Shown one piece after another: positions 31,232 through 43,717 of a stretch of DNA of 64,000 nucleotides (within the stretch, counting starts at the first letter, position 1; every line of letters begins with the position of its first letter). The notes under the pieces are model-generated. The model did not search any database, was not told where the DNA came from, and saw nothing but the letters and a program-made list of their open reading frames with translations. This stretch comes from the human T2T-CHM13v2.0 reference genome, Homo sapiens. The stretch is taken from the NCBI RefSeq assembly GCF_009914755.1, contig NC_060925.1; one strand, written 5' to 3'. The position numbers and the translations under genes are program-made.

Positions 31232-31698
31232 TTTTGTTGTTGTTTTTGTTGCTGTTGTTGAAACAAGGTGTCACTCTGTCACCCAGGCTGGAGTGCAGTG
31301 GTATTATTATAGCTCACTGTAGCCTTGAATACCTGAGCTCAAGCGATCCTCCTTCCTCAGCCTCCCAAGCAGCTGGAACCACAGGCATGTGCCATCATGC
31401 TCAGCTATTTTTTATTTTATTTACTTATTTACTTTTTTAATTTATAAGAAAAGAGGTTTAATTGAAGAAATTGGCAAAAAGAAAGGGGCTACAGAACTCC
31501 TGCAACTTCGGAACCCAGCAGGGCAGTTGTTAAATGTTAAAGCTCCAAAATAACCTGGCTCATTTTTAATTTTTCTTTTGTAGTGATGAAGTCTTGCTGT
31601 GTTGCCCAGGCTGGTGTCGAACTCCTGGGCCGAAGTGATCCTCCTATCTCAGCCTCCCAAAGTGCTGGAATTACAGGCGTGAGCCACTGTGCCTAACC
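31232..31698 (-). mobile_element. AluJ with a ~145-bp insertion in its central linker
   Basis: Two Alu arms separated by foreign sequence; outer TSD ctatgtgtggcttt (31221, 31698). Confidence 0.92.
31408..31553 (-). mobile_element. MaLR (MST/THE1)-derived insert: internal fragment + LTR polyA-signal fragment + A-rich tail
   Basis: Minus strand reads ttattttggagctttaacatttaacaactgccctgctggg...tgtagcccctttctttttgccaatttct (MST/THE1-int), then caattaaacctcttttcttataaatta (LTR), then aaaaaagtaaataagtaaataaaataaaaaa. Confidence 0.75.
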
Positions 31699-32679
31699 TA
31701 TGTGTGGCTTTTTTAAAGCCAAGATTCGCAGTTAATGTAAATGCTACAATAAAATAAAATCCAAAATTACGGTACCTATCAATGTTAAAATGCAGTATTA
31801 TTTCCTTATAACTTTAAAAGGGTTAAGGGAAAAGAAATAAAATTAGTAATGATTGTAATGATTACATATTCTTTAAAGAGTAAATATGAGACTAAATGTA
31901 TCTCAATCCAACTATTAATAAAAAAAGAGTGAACTTGAGATTAGCTCTCTCTAGGGAAAAAGGAGAACGGTAAGTCCTCCTGGGATCTTTACATTTTCTT
32001 GGCAAGAGTAATGCATTCATTGCTTTTAAAAAGGTAAAAGTTAAAGTCAAAAAAAAAAAAAGAAATGTAGTTACAAAAGATGCATTTCAATTGATAATGA
32101 AGGCTTTTAATGTAATGATTATAGGAAATCTTGGAGGAGTTCTAATAAGTACAGCCAAATTAAGAACAAAATATGCTAAGAAAACAGAGAAGTCATATTG
32201 TTTTTCATTCTACATTCTAGTTAAACCCAATAAAACATGTGAAGACAAAAGTATTCCTCATTAGAAGTATCCTTAGGTCCCATTTATCGTCATATCTTGT
32301 TTACTACCAGTTAAGAAAATATGGTACTACAGCCTCTGACAAATTAGGGACAACCTGAGAGCCACATTGGTAGAAACATACAGATCTGAAAAAATTCTGG
32401 GATGAAAGTAAGGAAGAAGAGATTGGAAGAATAAATTAACATTTAAAATACAACAAGATCACATAGAAATAGAAATAGTTCGATGAAAAGACTTGTCCAT
32501 AAAAAGCAAAATTACCAACTATCTGGAGATTTAAATTAGACTGTACTGATGAATGTATTCTTCAGAATATGTTTATTTGTATGATCTTTTACGTACCCTT
32601 CAATAAAACTCTAGACTAAGTCCCTACGACAAAAGAGGCAGCCCCAGCAGTGGCCTTGTGGCCTGATCTACAGAGACAG

Positions 32680-33110
32680 CAAGCCGCCATTCACTGACCC
32701 ACCCCCATCACACTGGCACCCCACGTTTCTCTCCAAGCTTCTTCCCCACAGTATAAATCAGATCCAAATTAGCTGCTAGTCATAATCAGCAGAAAGGATG
32801 GAGAGGCCTTACAGTTACCTTAGACACAGCCCTAGTGGTCTTCTCCTACTTCCTCAGGGACGGCCTCCGCCAGCAGCACAACAGCACACTTCCTGTAGAT
32901 CTACAATCAGTTCTTCCGAGCCGCAGACGGCTGCTATCGTCCTCGCAGCTCTCCGGGTACTCACGCTTCTTTTTCTCCCTCTTTAATTCTAGGCCTTCTT
33001 TTCTTTCTTACCTTTGTGTCCCCTTTCAAGCTTTCCCTTTTATTCAAACGTACACCAAAATGGCAAAAGCAGCAAAGCATTCTAAATCATGTTCACGCAA
33101 GCCAGTGCTG
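32680..33110 (-). promoter_or_regulatory. Candidate internal promoter / alternative first-exon cluster
   Basis: 9 CpGs in ~105 bp (32860-32965); ETS motif ACAGGAAGTG; YY1-like motifs (gccgccatt, caaaatggc); three minus-strand donors AAG|GTAAGA (33012), AGC|GTGAGT (32965), AAG|GTAACT (32819). Confidence 0.5.
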
Positions 33111-33408
33111 GGGAACAAAATGGATACAAATTGGTCATTATGTTCTCTTTCATTTGGGGGTGGCGCACAATTAAGAGAGGTACGCTGTTTTTATGTACTT
33201 CTCTATAACTGCAGCTCTAAAGGTTCCTCATACCATCATGAAATTTAAGAGGTACATGAGCAATGGCACTATACTGGGAAAGTTAAAACAAAAGATTTAT
33301 TAACCTGTGGGTTGTTGTTTTAAAAAAGTATCAAGGGGGTCTACACACTTCCTAAGGGGAAAAGTAAACATTTTTTTGAACACTTCATATACTACAGTTC
33401 TTGTGGGG

Positions 33409-33712
33409 TTTTTTTGTTTTTTTTTTTTTTTGACATGGAGGCTCGCCCAGTCACCCAGGCTGGAGTGCAGTAGTGCGATCTCAGCTCACCACAACCTCCC
33501 ACCTCCTGGGTTCAAGCGGTTCTCCTGCCTCAGCCTCCCGAGTAGCTGGGACTACGGGCATGTGCCATCATGCCCGGCTAATTTTTGTATCTTTAGTAGA
33601 GACAGGGTTTCACTATATCGGCCAGGCTGGTCTCGAACTCCCGACCTCGTGTTCCGCCTGCTTAGGCCTCCGAAAGTGCTGGGATTACAGGCGTCAGCCA
33701 CTGCACCCGGCT
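33409..33712 (-). mobile_element. AluS
   Basis: Full Alu reverse complement with poly-T. Confidence 0.96.
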
Positions 33713-33775
33713 GCATGCCACAGTTTTTCACAGACATTATCTCACGAGTAGACATGCCAAACCTAGCCATCTAGA

Positions 33776-33980
33776 GCTGTGCTATCCAAAAGGTAGTCAC
33801 TAACCACATGTAGCTATTTAAATTTAAAACATCATTAAAATTAAATTTGAAATTCAATTCCTCAGTCACATTCAACGCATTTCAAGTGTTTGATACATGA
33901 AAACGGCTACTGATTGCCATATTGCACAACAAAGAGAGAACATTTCCATTATCAGAGAAACTCTACGGCACAACAATGAT
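33776..33980. mobile_element. MER3-like hAT-Charlie element
   Basis: gctgtgctatccaaaaggtagtcactaaccacatgtagctatttaaattta...aattcaattcctcagtcaca...gaacatttccattatcagagaaa. Confidence 0.8.
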
Positions 33981-34742
33981 CTAAGTCTCCTTCACGAAGA
34001 TTTTCCACAAAAACGTCTGAAGAATTACATTGGGTCCCTCGTACAATGAAGATTAATTCGCTCACACTAAAGCTGTAACTACAATCCATATACATGTGTT
34101 CTCTTGTACCTGCAGCCAGGTTTTCACCACTGCCAGTTTCTACGCTATACTTGGCCTACTGAGAGCTCCAGTCTTTTACAAACACTTACTACATCCTAAC
34201 CTCTCTTGAATGTCTGGCAAAGGTTTGGATCAAAAAAGACATCACATTTTTGCACATATGACATAATACTTGTAGTTGCCTGGAAATTTATTGGCCCATA
34301 TGAAGTGGGATCCCCGGGGCAGTGACAAAACTAAGTTTATGCTACTGAGGTTTTGCTTGCCCAGGAAATATAAAAAACTTGTGACTGTGAAGTCACTAAA
34401 TAAACTAATGGTTTTAATAATGAGGGCAAAAAATTATTTTAATAGGTATAATGTCATTATCAAACCACAGAAAATGCTATACCTGAAATAGAGTTCAATT
34501 TTGGTTAGATTTCCTTTAAAGTCTCACAGGACTCATGTGGTACGGGGCCTCTGTGACAATAGGTAACTTTTCATAAATGCTTAAGCACATCTGGACTCTA
34601 CTCCAGTGACCTACAAGGTAATACATCATTCTGTCAGTTTCAGAGGTACATTCACATCCTATTCTCCAAAACCAGAAATCACCCAGGGATTCCTAGACCA
34701 TATGACATGTTGCTGAAGGAATATACAAATATATACACACAA

Positions 34743-34782
34743 ATGTGCGTGCACGCGCGCACACACACACACACACACGCAC
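34743..34782. repeat. (CA)n/(CG)n alternating purine-pyrimidine microsatellite
   Basis: atgtgcgtgcacgcgcgcacacacacacacacacacgcac; Z-DNA-prone by composition. Confidence 0.9.
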
Positions 34783-35916
34783 TGAAAGAATATTATAACC
34801 ATTCACCTTTCTTCTAAATTTTACCTTCTGTGTTAACTTTCCCTGTGTTGACAAAGAATGCCTCTCACTAAGTCATGACCCTGCAGGTCACTGTAATACA
34901 ACATCGCATACCTGGATTATTATAATGGGTGAAGGGTTCTTACATATAGCTCAACCGGAGGTTAGGAAGCCCTACGAACACTCAGATTTTTGCTTCATTT
35001 TTAACCAAAAGGGGTCAGAGCCTTTGTCAATACCAGCTGTTGCAGTGGTTGGCTGCCTGTGATAATAGGCTGCCTTTCACCTGAAAGAATGAAGGGGTGT
35101 TTCTCAGAGTAATATCTTACGATACAGAGGATGATACTGTCTTTAAAGCTAGTGAAAATCAATTTTACTGTCACTTCTTTATTTAAAAAAAAACCTCCCT
35201 TTGCAGAAATATCACTGAGATGTCATGTTTAAATTTTTTTTCTACTTCACATTATTTATAAGCCAATATTTTAAAGATTTTTGGCAGTTCTTTAGGCCTG
35301 GGCAGGGGTGATATTTGCCCAGAATACATCTGATATGGTCTCCTGGTTGTTTCTAAATTTCCTGTTTTGACTGATCAATGCTTGTACAGTGCTTGTTATT
35401 AACTACTAGACAATAACTCCTGGGTACAGACACTGCTCCTTGTCTTTTTTCCTTTGTGTAATTCAGATAGTAAATGTCCAGCAAAAAGCAAGATTCCAAG
35501 GGGTAAATTCAATTGCTGATGTATTTGCATTTCTAATTCTAATCCAAGTTAAATAAATGAAAAATCCACTGTAGAAGAGAAGCACAAAAGGCAAAATCTT
35601 CACAATCATTACCCAGGGAATCACTGCTTTGTATAAAATCATTAAAAATTATCTTGAAAAATAATAAAAGCAAGTTGACTGAGACAATTATACAATTCTA
35701 AGAAATGTTTTTAGAAATGTTCTTCTAAGTATTGTTCTTTTTAAATTTTATTTTTGGCAATTCTCAACTGTAACTACAATACAACATTCTTTCCCCAATG
35801 AAAAACAAATTTTAAACTATTTATTTAACACTTTTGGCCACCAACACTTACAGAAATAGTTGCTTAGTATAGCAGCTCAAGCAGCTTAAAAAATTTAAAA
35901 GTTAAAACTTTCATAG

Positions 35917-37040
35917 GGCCTAGAAGCAAAGAAAACTCATTAGCAATAAACATAAATAGTGCCCAATCTTGTTTTCTAAAACTATTCTCCAATTTCTAAA
36001 TTCTCCAATTTCTAAAACTATTCTCCAATAAAAGAAAACAGGGCACATTGAAGAAATGGCTGCTTCTAGGATATGAGCAGGAAACATAAAAAATAAGCCT
36101 GAAGCATCTTGTAGTGCCAGAAAGTGAGGAGGTGCTAAAGAAAAAAAAAAACAACTCTGCAATGATGAGGATATGTCAAACGGACACAGAAATCAACTGA
36201 AAAAGTTCCCTGCGGCCAAAAGTTAGAATATTTTGGGCAAGAACATAAAGTAGTATTGGATTATAACTAGAGATATAAAATAAATTGTGTACGAATACAT
36301 ACTGATATAAATAAAAGACAAATCTCCTGTTCAGAGGAATTCCAAATAATTTACATATTAAATACTCCTCCTTCAAGGAGGTGGAACGTGGCTCCCCTCT
36401 CCTTAGGTGTGGGTGGTGCCTAGTGACGTCCCTGTGACGAGGACAGTGTGGAAGGGAAAAGGAGGAGCTCTGCAGTGGCGAAGGCTGACAAACGCGACCT
36501 CAGCTAGGTGATCAAGGTCAAAATCAACAAGTCAAGTCAATAGAGCATATTCCAGGTAGGATGTAATGAAAACGGCACTTTATCTCTGTGGTCTTCCTCC
36601 CCAAAATCCGTAACTCCACTCTAATCATGAAAAAAAATTCAGACAGGTATTACCTTCTTTCCACGTAAGGTACGTTCTACAAAATACCTGACCAATAATA
36701 TTCCTCCAAACTGTCAAGGATCATCAAAAACAAAGAAAGTATGAAAAACTGTACCAACCAAGAGAAGCCTAAAGCAACACAAGGACCAAAAATAACGTGG
36801 TATCCTGTGTGGCATACTGGTACAGACACGGGGTAAAATCCAAGGGAATCTGAATAAAGTATGGACTTTAGTTAGTACCAGTATATCAATATTGGTTCAT
36901 TAATTGTAATAATGCACCATACTAATATAAGGTGTCAATAGGGAAAACTGGGTACAGAATATATAGGGGAACACTCTGTACTATTCACAATTTTGCTGTA
37001 TATCTACACTTTCTAAAATTTAAAGTCTATTTAAAAAATT
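35917..37040 (+). mobile_element. L1MC/L1MD-type 3' region
   Basis: gaagcatcttgtagtgccagaaagtgagg, tgtaatgaaaacggcactttatctctgtggtcttcctcccc, ggaatctgaataaagtatggactttagtta; ends ctaaaatttaaagtctatttaaaaaa. Confidence 0.88.
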
Positions 37041-38104
37041 TAAACAGTCTTTCCAATACTAAATCATACTGCATACAATTAAAAATATTTATTTGTTTGC
37101 CATTGTAATTGTGGTTAAGAGTGTGGGCTAGGATAAAACTGCTGGATCTGAATCCCGTTCCCCTGTCTAAGTTGATTTTTACTATTAATAGTTATGTGCT
37201 TGACCTGTACACAGTATATAGCTAACACGGGCCCATTCTGACATCAGTTATGTTCAGCAGTCTTTGCTTTCCCAGTAAGAGAAAAGAAGACAAATAAGGC
37301 CCAATCAGCCCAAAGCTTCTCATCACAGGGTAGCCATATTTAGTAAAGAACCAGGCAACATTTGCTGAGTATCACAGGGACTAAACCTGGGGCAAACTGG
37401 ACCCCCATTCACAGTCAAGGCAGGTTCTCTTTCCCAAGAACAGATGTAACCAGCAATGTGAATAATGCCTCTGGGCAAAGTGCAGGACTGATTTTAAGAG
37501 CTGTCAGCAATTTCACATGATATGAACTCTGTTTATTTCTAATATTCAAATGAGCTCAACTAATGAAATACTATTTTATTTTCATAAGCAAAAAGAGCAG
37601 TAAAATGAATTTGATAAAAAATATCTGAAGACACATTCAATAAGAATGACCGGGGTACATAGTATGTTATTCATCTTTTTTAAAGTCTACATGTTAAAAG
37701 ATTTACAACCAATGAATGCTTCTTAAATGAATATTCATACAGCAATTGCAGTGGCTTTTTTACTGCCTAAGAGAGTCATTAAAGGCTTGTCATCCTGGCC
37801 CAGCAATGCCTCTGGTGCTTCTAAATCATTAGATCTTAGTCTACTGCTTTGAATGTTGTAATTGCAACATAAAAATGAGAAATAAATTACCAGTATGAAC
37901 AATCAAAGGTCACGATTTTCAGCAAAAGCTTAGAATTTTATAGTGGCACCTACTTTTTAATATAAACGATTAAGGGTATTTTTCTTGACCAGACTGAGTA
38001 AATAAACAGATGCAATTAATGAAACAAATGAAAAGGCTGAGAGCAACTGGCTATTCTTTAAACAGATTATAAGTAACTAATGGGCATTAAAGGGTTTTTT
38101 AATG

Positions 38105-38325
38105 TAAATTTTTGCTTATAATTTCAACTTCTATTTTAGATTCGGGGGTACATCCACAGGCTCGATACATGGGTATGTAGTGTGGCGCTGAGGCTTGGGG
38201 TAGAAATGACTCCATCACCCAGGGGGTGAGCCTAGTACCCAATAGGTAGTTTTTCAGCCCTTTGCCCCCATCCCCTCTTCCCCTCTAGTAGTCCCAGTAC
38301 CTACTGTTCCCATCCTTATGTCCAT
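38105..38325 (-). mobile_element. Old L1PA (PA15/16-like) 3' end
   Basis: tttcaacttctattttagattcgggggtacat...catcacccagggggtgagcctagtacccaataggtagtttttcagccc...tctagtagtcccag. Confidence 0.88.
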
Positions 38326-38838
38326 AATTGATGTTTTTAGAGTTAGATTAACTGTCACTATACCTAATACAAAATTCAGTCTGGGATTGTGCCTCAGGCT
38401 ATGCTCCACGTCTGCTACTACTCTAAGATCACGTGCCCTCTGTGAAGTCACTGAGCTGAGCACACCCCAGGGACAGGGAACCTGATATTTCTCTTCTATG
38501 AATGCACTCAGCACCTCACACTGGATATATAAAGAATAAGGAAATCACTAAATAATTCTTGGATTAAACAAATGAATGCATCTGCTTGTGGAATTATTTC
38601 CAATTCAGTGCACCAAACAGGGAACTTTGGTATACAGCCAACCAGGCTATTTTAAGTTTTGTTTTGTTTTGAAAAAAGTATTTACTGTGAGGGCTTAGAG
38701 CAGTTACAGGGCTCTAAACAGAAATTACTGGATACTCCCTCCCTTCAGGACAACGTTTGACACATTTCCAATATCTTGTCACGTACAAAATTCAGAAGAG
38801 CACACCTGACTCGCTGGCTTGGTGGGGTGGATGCTTAC

Positions 38839-38917
38839 CAGGAGATCTTGATTGACAATGACACCAAGGCTTTATCCAAGGTGGAAGTTAAACAAAGTAA
38901 ACACGGAGATGCTATTC
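38839..38917 (-). other. Candidate 79-nt cassette or non-coding exon
   Basis: Acceptor gctgttctcttctag|G and donor CTG|gtaagc; length is not a multiple of 3; no protein similarity recognised. Confidence 0.4.
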
Positions 38918-38919
38918 CT

Positions 38920-40017
38920 AGAAGAGAACAGCATAGATGCTGAGCGAGAATGTACACAGACAGCCACTGTAACAGAGAAGATGGAGAACAGCGTAGATGC
39001 TGAACAAGAATGTACACAGACGCCCACTGTAATAGAGAAGATAGAGAACAGTGTAGACTCTGAGCAAGAATGTACACAGATGTCCACTGTAATAGAGAAG
39101 ATAGAGGAGAACAGCGTAGACGCTGAGGTAGAATGTACACAGACGCCCACTGTAATAGAGAAGATAGAAGAGAACAGTGTAGACTCTGAGCAAGAATGTA
39201 CACAAACACCCACTGTGATAGAGTAGAGGAGAACAGCATAGACGCTGAGGTAGAATGTACACAGACGTCCACTGTAATAGAGAAGATAGAGGACAGTGTA
39301 GACGCTGAGCAAGAATGTACACAGACACCCACTGTGATAGAGAAGATAGAGAACAGTGTAGATGCTGAGCAAGAATGTACACAGATGTCCACTGTGATAG
39401 AGAAGATAGAGTAGAACAGTGTAGATAATGAGCAAGAATGTACAGAGATTTCCACTGTAATAGAGAAGATAGAGAACAGTGTAGACGCTGAGCAAGTATG
39501 TACACAGATGTCCACTGTGATAGAGAAGACAGAGGAGAACAGTGTAGACGCTGAGCAAGAATGTACACAGATGCCCACTGTAATAGAGTAGAGAACAGTG
39601 TAGACGCTGAGCGAGAATGTACACAGACGCCCACTGTAATAGAGAAGATAGAGGAGAACAGCGTAGACGCTGAGCAAGAATGTACACAAACGTCCACTGT
39701 GATACAGAGGATGGAGAACAGCGCAGACGCTGAGCAAGAATGTAAACAGACGCCCACTGTGATAGAGAAGATGGAGAACAGCGTAGATGCTGAGCAAGAA
39801 TGTACACAGACGCCCACTGTAATAGAGAAGATAGAGAATAGTGTAGACGCTGAGAAAGAATGTACACAGACACCCACTGTAATAGAGAAGATAGAGGAGA
39901 ACAGCGTAGACGCTGAGGTAGAATGTACACAGCCGTCACTATAATAGAGAAGACAGAGGAGAACAGCGTAGACACTGAGCAAGAATGTACACAGACGCCC
40001 ACTGTAATAGAGAAGAT
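38920..40017. repeat. Minisatellite/VNTR, ~18 units of mostly 60 or 63 bp
   Basis: Unit gagaagatag(agg)agaacagcgtagacgctgagcaagaatgtacacagacgcccactgtaata, with a few shorter indel variants. Confidence 0.98.
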
Positions 40018-40094
40018 GCACGGGATGGGAACAACTAACAATTCCCCAGGAACTACAGTAGGCATTTTGCTTTTCATATATATGATTTGATTCT

Positions 40095-40215
40095 CCAAAC
40101 AACCTTTTGACGTGGGTATTATCAACCCCATCTTTCTAGAGCCGAAAATGAAGTTCACCAAATTTAAGTTACTTAGCTAAAGTCATGATATCAAACCTAG
40201 GTCTTTCTAACCTCT
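40095..40215 (-). mobile_element. MIR fragment
   Basis: caaacaaccttttgacgtgggtattatcaaccccatctttctagagccgaaaatgaag...aagttacttagctaaagtca. Confidence 0.65.
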
Positions 40216-40246
40216 TCTACCTCCCAACCAAAAAAAAAGTTTCTTA

Positions 40247-40475
40247 TCAAAGCATCATGTGAAACATTAAATCCATGAAGTCTCAGGAATGCAAGTCATC
40301 TTTGAAAACAATGTTTCTTGACAACGAGGATTTCTTGCCCCCATATTAACAAGGTTTTCTCACAACATATTCAGCAAATCTTTTTCATTCAATCAAAATA
40401 TGTTATTTGCTTTTATATAAACCTAAGTTTCCATGGCTATTGACAGAAAATGGTGATACCAACGTGACAAGTACA
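40247..40475 (+). repeat. Diverged direct duplication, copy 1
   Basis: Colinear shared blocks with 41908-42130: attaaatcca, agtctcag(g/a)aatgcaa, ttgaaaacaa, ttcttgacaac(g/a)agga, caaatc..tt..cattcaat, ccatggcta, atggtgatacca. Confidence 0.85.
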
Positions 40476-41063
40476 ATTCTTACAGACAAATTAATAATCT
40501 GCTCATCCCTACAAGCTCAAGATTCCCCTCTAAGTAAGTCTATCAGTCCTTATATATGGTAGCAGTAATAAGAGATACCAGATGAGAATATGGACACATC
40601 CACAAAAATTGCTAATCCCTAACGGCAGTCAACCTTATTAATAGGGGGTTAAAGCAGGAGCATTTTTTAAACCAGCGCAAGCCCAGCACTTTTCTACCAT
40701 GCAGAAAATGGGTGTTCATCTCTCTGGATCAGCTTAAGCACACGCATGCTATTTTGTTTATTATTTGGGTCACTATATCTGTAACCTAAGCAGATGGTAA
40801 TATGCATTTTATATGAAATATTTAATTAGGCCATCAAAAACATGGCAGTACCAGCTGTCACGGCCTGCTGACCTTGGGAAAGGAGGAAGTATCAGCAAAA
40901 TGAGGATGACAATGTTCAGATGAAACCCAGAAATGAAGTGTTTATGAAAATCTCAGTTGCTCTAACTTACCACACTTCAAACCAAGAAATGTCACGGAAG
41001 CATAATGATCCGGTTCACATCAATCACCTACAGGTCCACTGGGTTTATTAAAAACTATTTTCA

Positions 41064-41367
<304 letters not shown>

Positions 41368-41907
41368 GCCATTTTTAAATGATTTATACTGATACATACA
41401 TAGAAAAACTGGAAATATGTACTGCAAAATAATAATTATTATTTCTAGATGGTGAGCTAATGGGTGATTTTTATTTAATACTTTTACTTAACGATATTTT
41501 CTATAATGTACTTTTATGATTTGAAATATTTTTAATTTAAAAAAACAGTGACATATACATATCAGTCCTTTTATTTAGTACTGTAGTTCCTGAAACACTG
41601 CCTTAAAAATCCATTTTTCTCATAAATAAATTTGAACACATTTGATCCTTTCTCATTTCTACATGACCACCTTTACATTTTTCATATCTGACCGCCCTAT
41701 CATTGGCCTATGAAGCTTTCCAATCTCTTAGCCCAAGTTCTTTTTCCAACCAAGTCAGAGGACTCCTGCTACTGCAAACCCCAGGCTGGGCCTTGACTGT
41801 GCCTGCAAGAATTCAGCTGGAACCGAGTCAACTCCTTCCCCCTTTCCTCAGAGGCTTTTCCAGAGACTTCTCCCTTTCCTCAGTTCCCCAACCCATCACC
41901 ATCTCCC

Positions 41908-42130
41908 TCAAATCATCGAAATGTGACGTATTAAATCCACGCACAGTCTCAGAAATGCAATTCCTCCTTGAAAACAACAGTTCTTGACAACAAGGACTTC
42001 CTGGTATCACGCTAGCTAACAAAATATACTCCAAATCCTTTTCCATTCAATACATTATGATACCTGCTTATGCATAAGCCTAAAGCCTCCATGGCTAGTG
42101 AGAGAATATGGTGATACCACAGTAACAAAT
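41908..42130 (+). repeat. Diverged direct duplication, copy 2
   Basis: Same blocks as copy 1; flanked by ccaacccatcac (41888) and ccaacccaatcac (42131). Confidence 0.85.
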
Positions 42131-42178
42131 CCAACCCAATCACTCCTCCACCTCTTCGCCCAGAAAATAAAGTCTGGA

Positions 42179-42472
42179 GGCTGGGTGAGGTGGCTCACGC
42201 TTTAATCCCAGCACTTTGGGAGGCCAAGATAGTGGATCACTTGAGGTCAGGAGTTCGAGACCAGCCTGGCCAATATGGGAAAACCCGTCTCTACTAAAAA
42301 TACAAAATTTAGCTGGTCGTGGTGGTGGGCGCCTATAATCCCAGCTACTCAGGAGGCTGAGACAGGAGAATCACTTCAACCTGGGAGGGTGAGGTTGCAC
42401 TGAGCTGAGATCGCACCACTGCACTCCAGAGCAAGACTCCGTCTCAAAAAATAAAAGAAAAGAAAAAGAAAA
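42179..42472 (+). mobile_element. AluS
   Basis: Alu dimer; TSD agaaaataaagtctggag / agaaaataaaggctggag. Confidence 0.96.
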
Positions 42473-42714
42473 AGAAAATAAAGGCTGGAGACTTAAGAAC
42501 TTTCTCCAGTTTCCTTCCCTGGTCCACAGCAAATCCCTCTGACCCCAGGGCTTTGTTTCCCTCTCACTGGTCCTTCAGTGAAATTAATTCAATAAATATC
42601 CACAGAGCTTTAATCCAGATGTGTGCAAGATATTGGGGATTTGTTCAGCCACCATCAGACACAATCTCTGCTCCATCAATTCTCTCCCGCTTCTGGACGC
42701 CAGCACCTCCCCAT

Positions 42715-43091
42715 GGTTGTTCGCTAGAGCTGCCATAACAGAATACTACAGACTGGTGGCTGAAACAACAGCAACTGATTCTCACAGTTCTGGAGTCTGG
42801 AAGTTCAAGATGAAAGTATCTATAGGTTTGGTTTCCTCCGAGCCCTCTCTGGCTGGAGGAGCCACTGTCTTGCTGCCTCCTGACACGGCAGTCCCTCTGC
42901 GCACATGTGCTGTTGGTGTCTCTTCCTCTTCCTACAAGGACACCAGTCATACTGGACTAGGGTCAACCCTAAAGGCCTCATGTTAAATCACCTCTTCAAA
43001 GACCTTCTCTCCAAATATGGTCACATTCTGAAGTACCGGTGGTTAGAACATCAACATATGAATTTGCGGGGACACAGTTCAGCCCAGAACA
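42715..43091 (-). mobile_element. MLT1B/C-like MaLR solo LTR
   Basis: gctgccataacagaatactacagactggtggctgaaacaacag...ctcacagttctggag...aaggacaccagtcatactggactaggg...ccaaatatggtcacattctga. Confidence 0.88.
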
Positions 43092-43262
43092 CACTCTCCT
43101 TCTCCTGGGTTTCTCACTTGCTCCTGGCTCTTCTACCTCAGTCAATAACATCCTCAAATCTTTTTCATATTTAATGCACCAACAACCCACTCCTAGTCCA
43201 GATCTTCCCCCTGTCCTATCTAGCTGCTTCCCATCACTGCCAAGATGTGAAAATACCCTAAA

Positions 43263-43535
43263 CTAGAAGTCTCAAACTCAAATATAGAGGAGCCAGGAGA
43301 ATCCTAAGTGGACCGGATGGAGAACAAGAGAGTACCAGTGCCTGCTAAAGGTGGAGATCACTATCCATTGCCAGCTAACTTCAGTCAGGTGTGAAAACAG
43401 AGCCCAGGGTATCTACTGTGTTTTGTAAGAGAACCCAGAAATATATTTATATGTAATTTCCCAAGTTTTATATGCTGATAATAAAAACAGAAACTCCCCC
43501 CAAAAACTGTAAGTGGGCCAAATAAAATAGGTTTA
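43263..43535. mobile_element. MER102-like hAT element
   Basis: gtctcaaactcaaat...agagcccagggt...taagagaacccagaaat...tatgtaatttcccaagtttta...gtgggccaaataaaa. Confidence 0.55.
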
Positions 43536-43717
43536 TAATCTATTTTTCCCCTATTTTTTCCCTATAATCTCTTAAATTTACTTTCCCCATTTCCTGACCT
43601 GTCACTCATCCTCACATTAATGAAAACAGGCTTCTTTGTACCAATTCCTTTTCCCAGACCCCACTTAAACAGCTAATGCTGAAGCCCCCATATCTTACCT
43701 GCCATGCTTCCCTTCTC

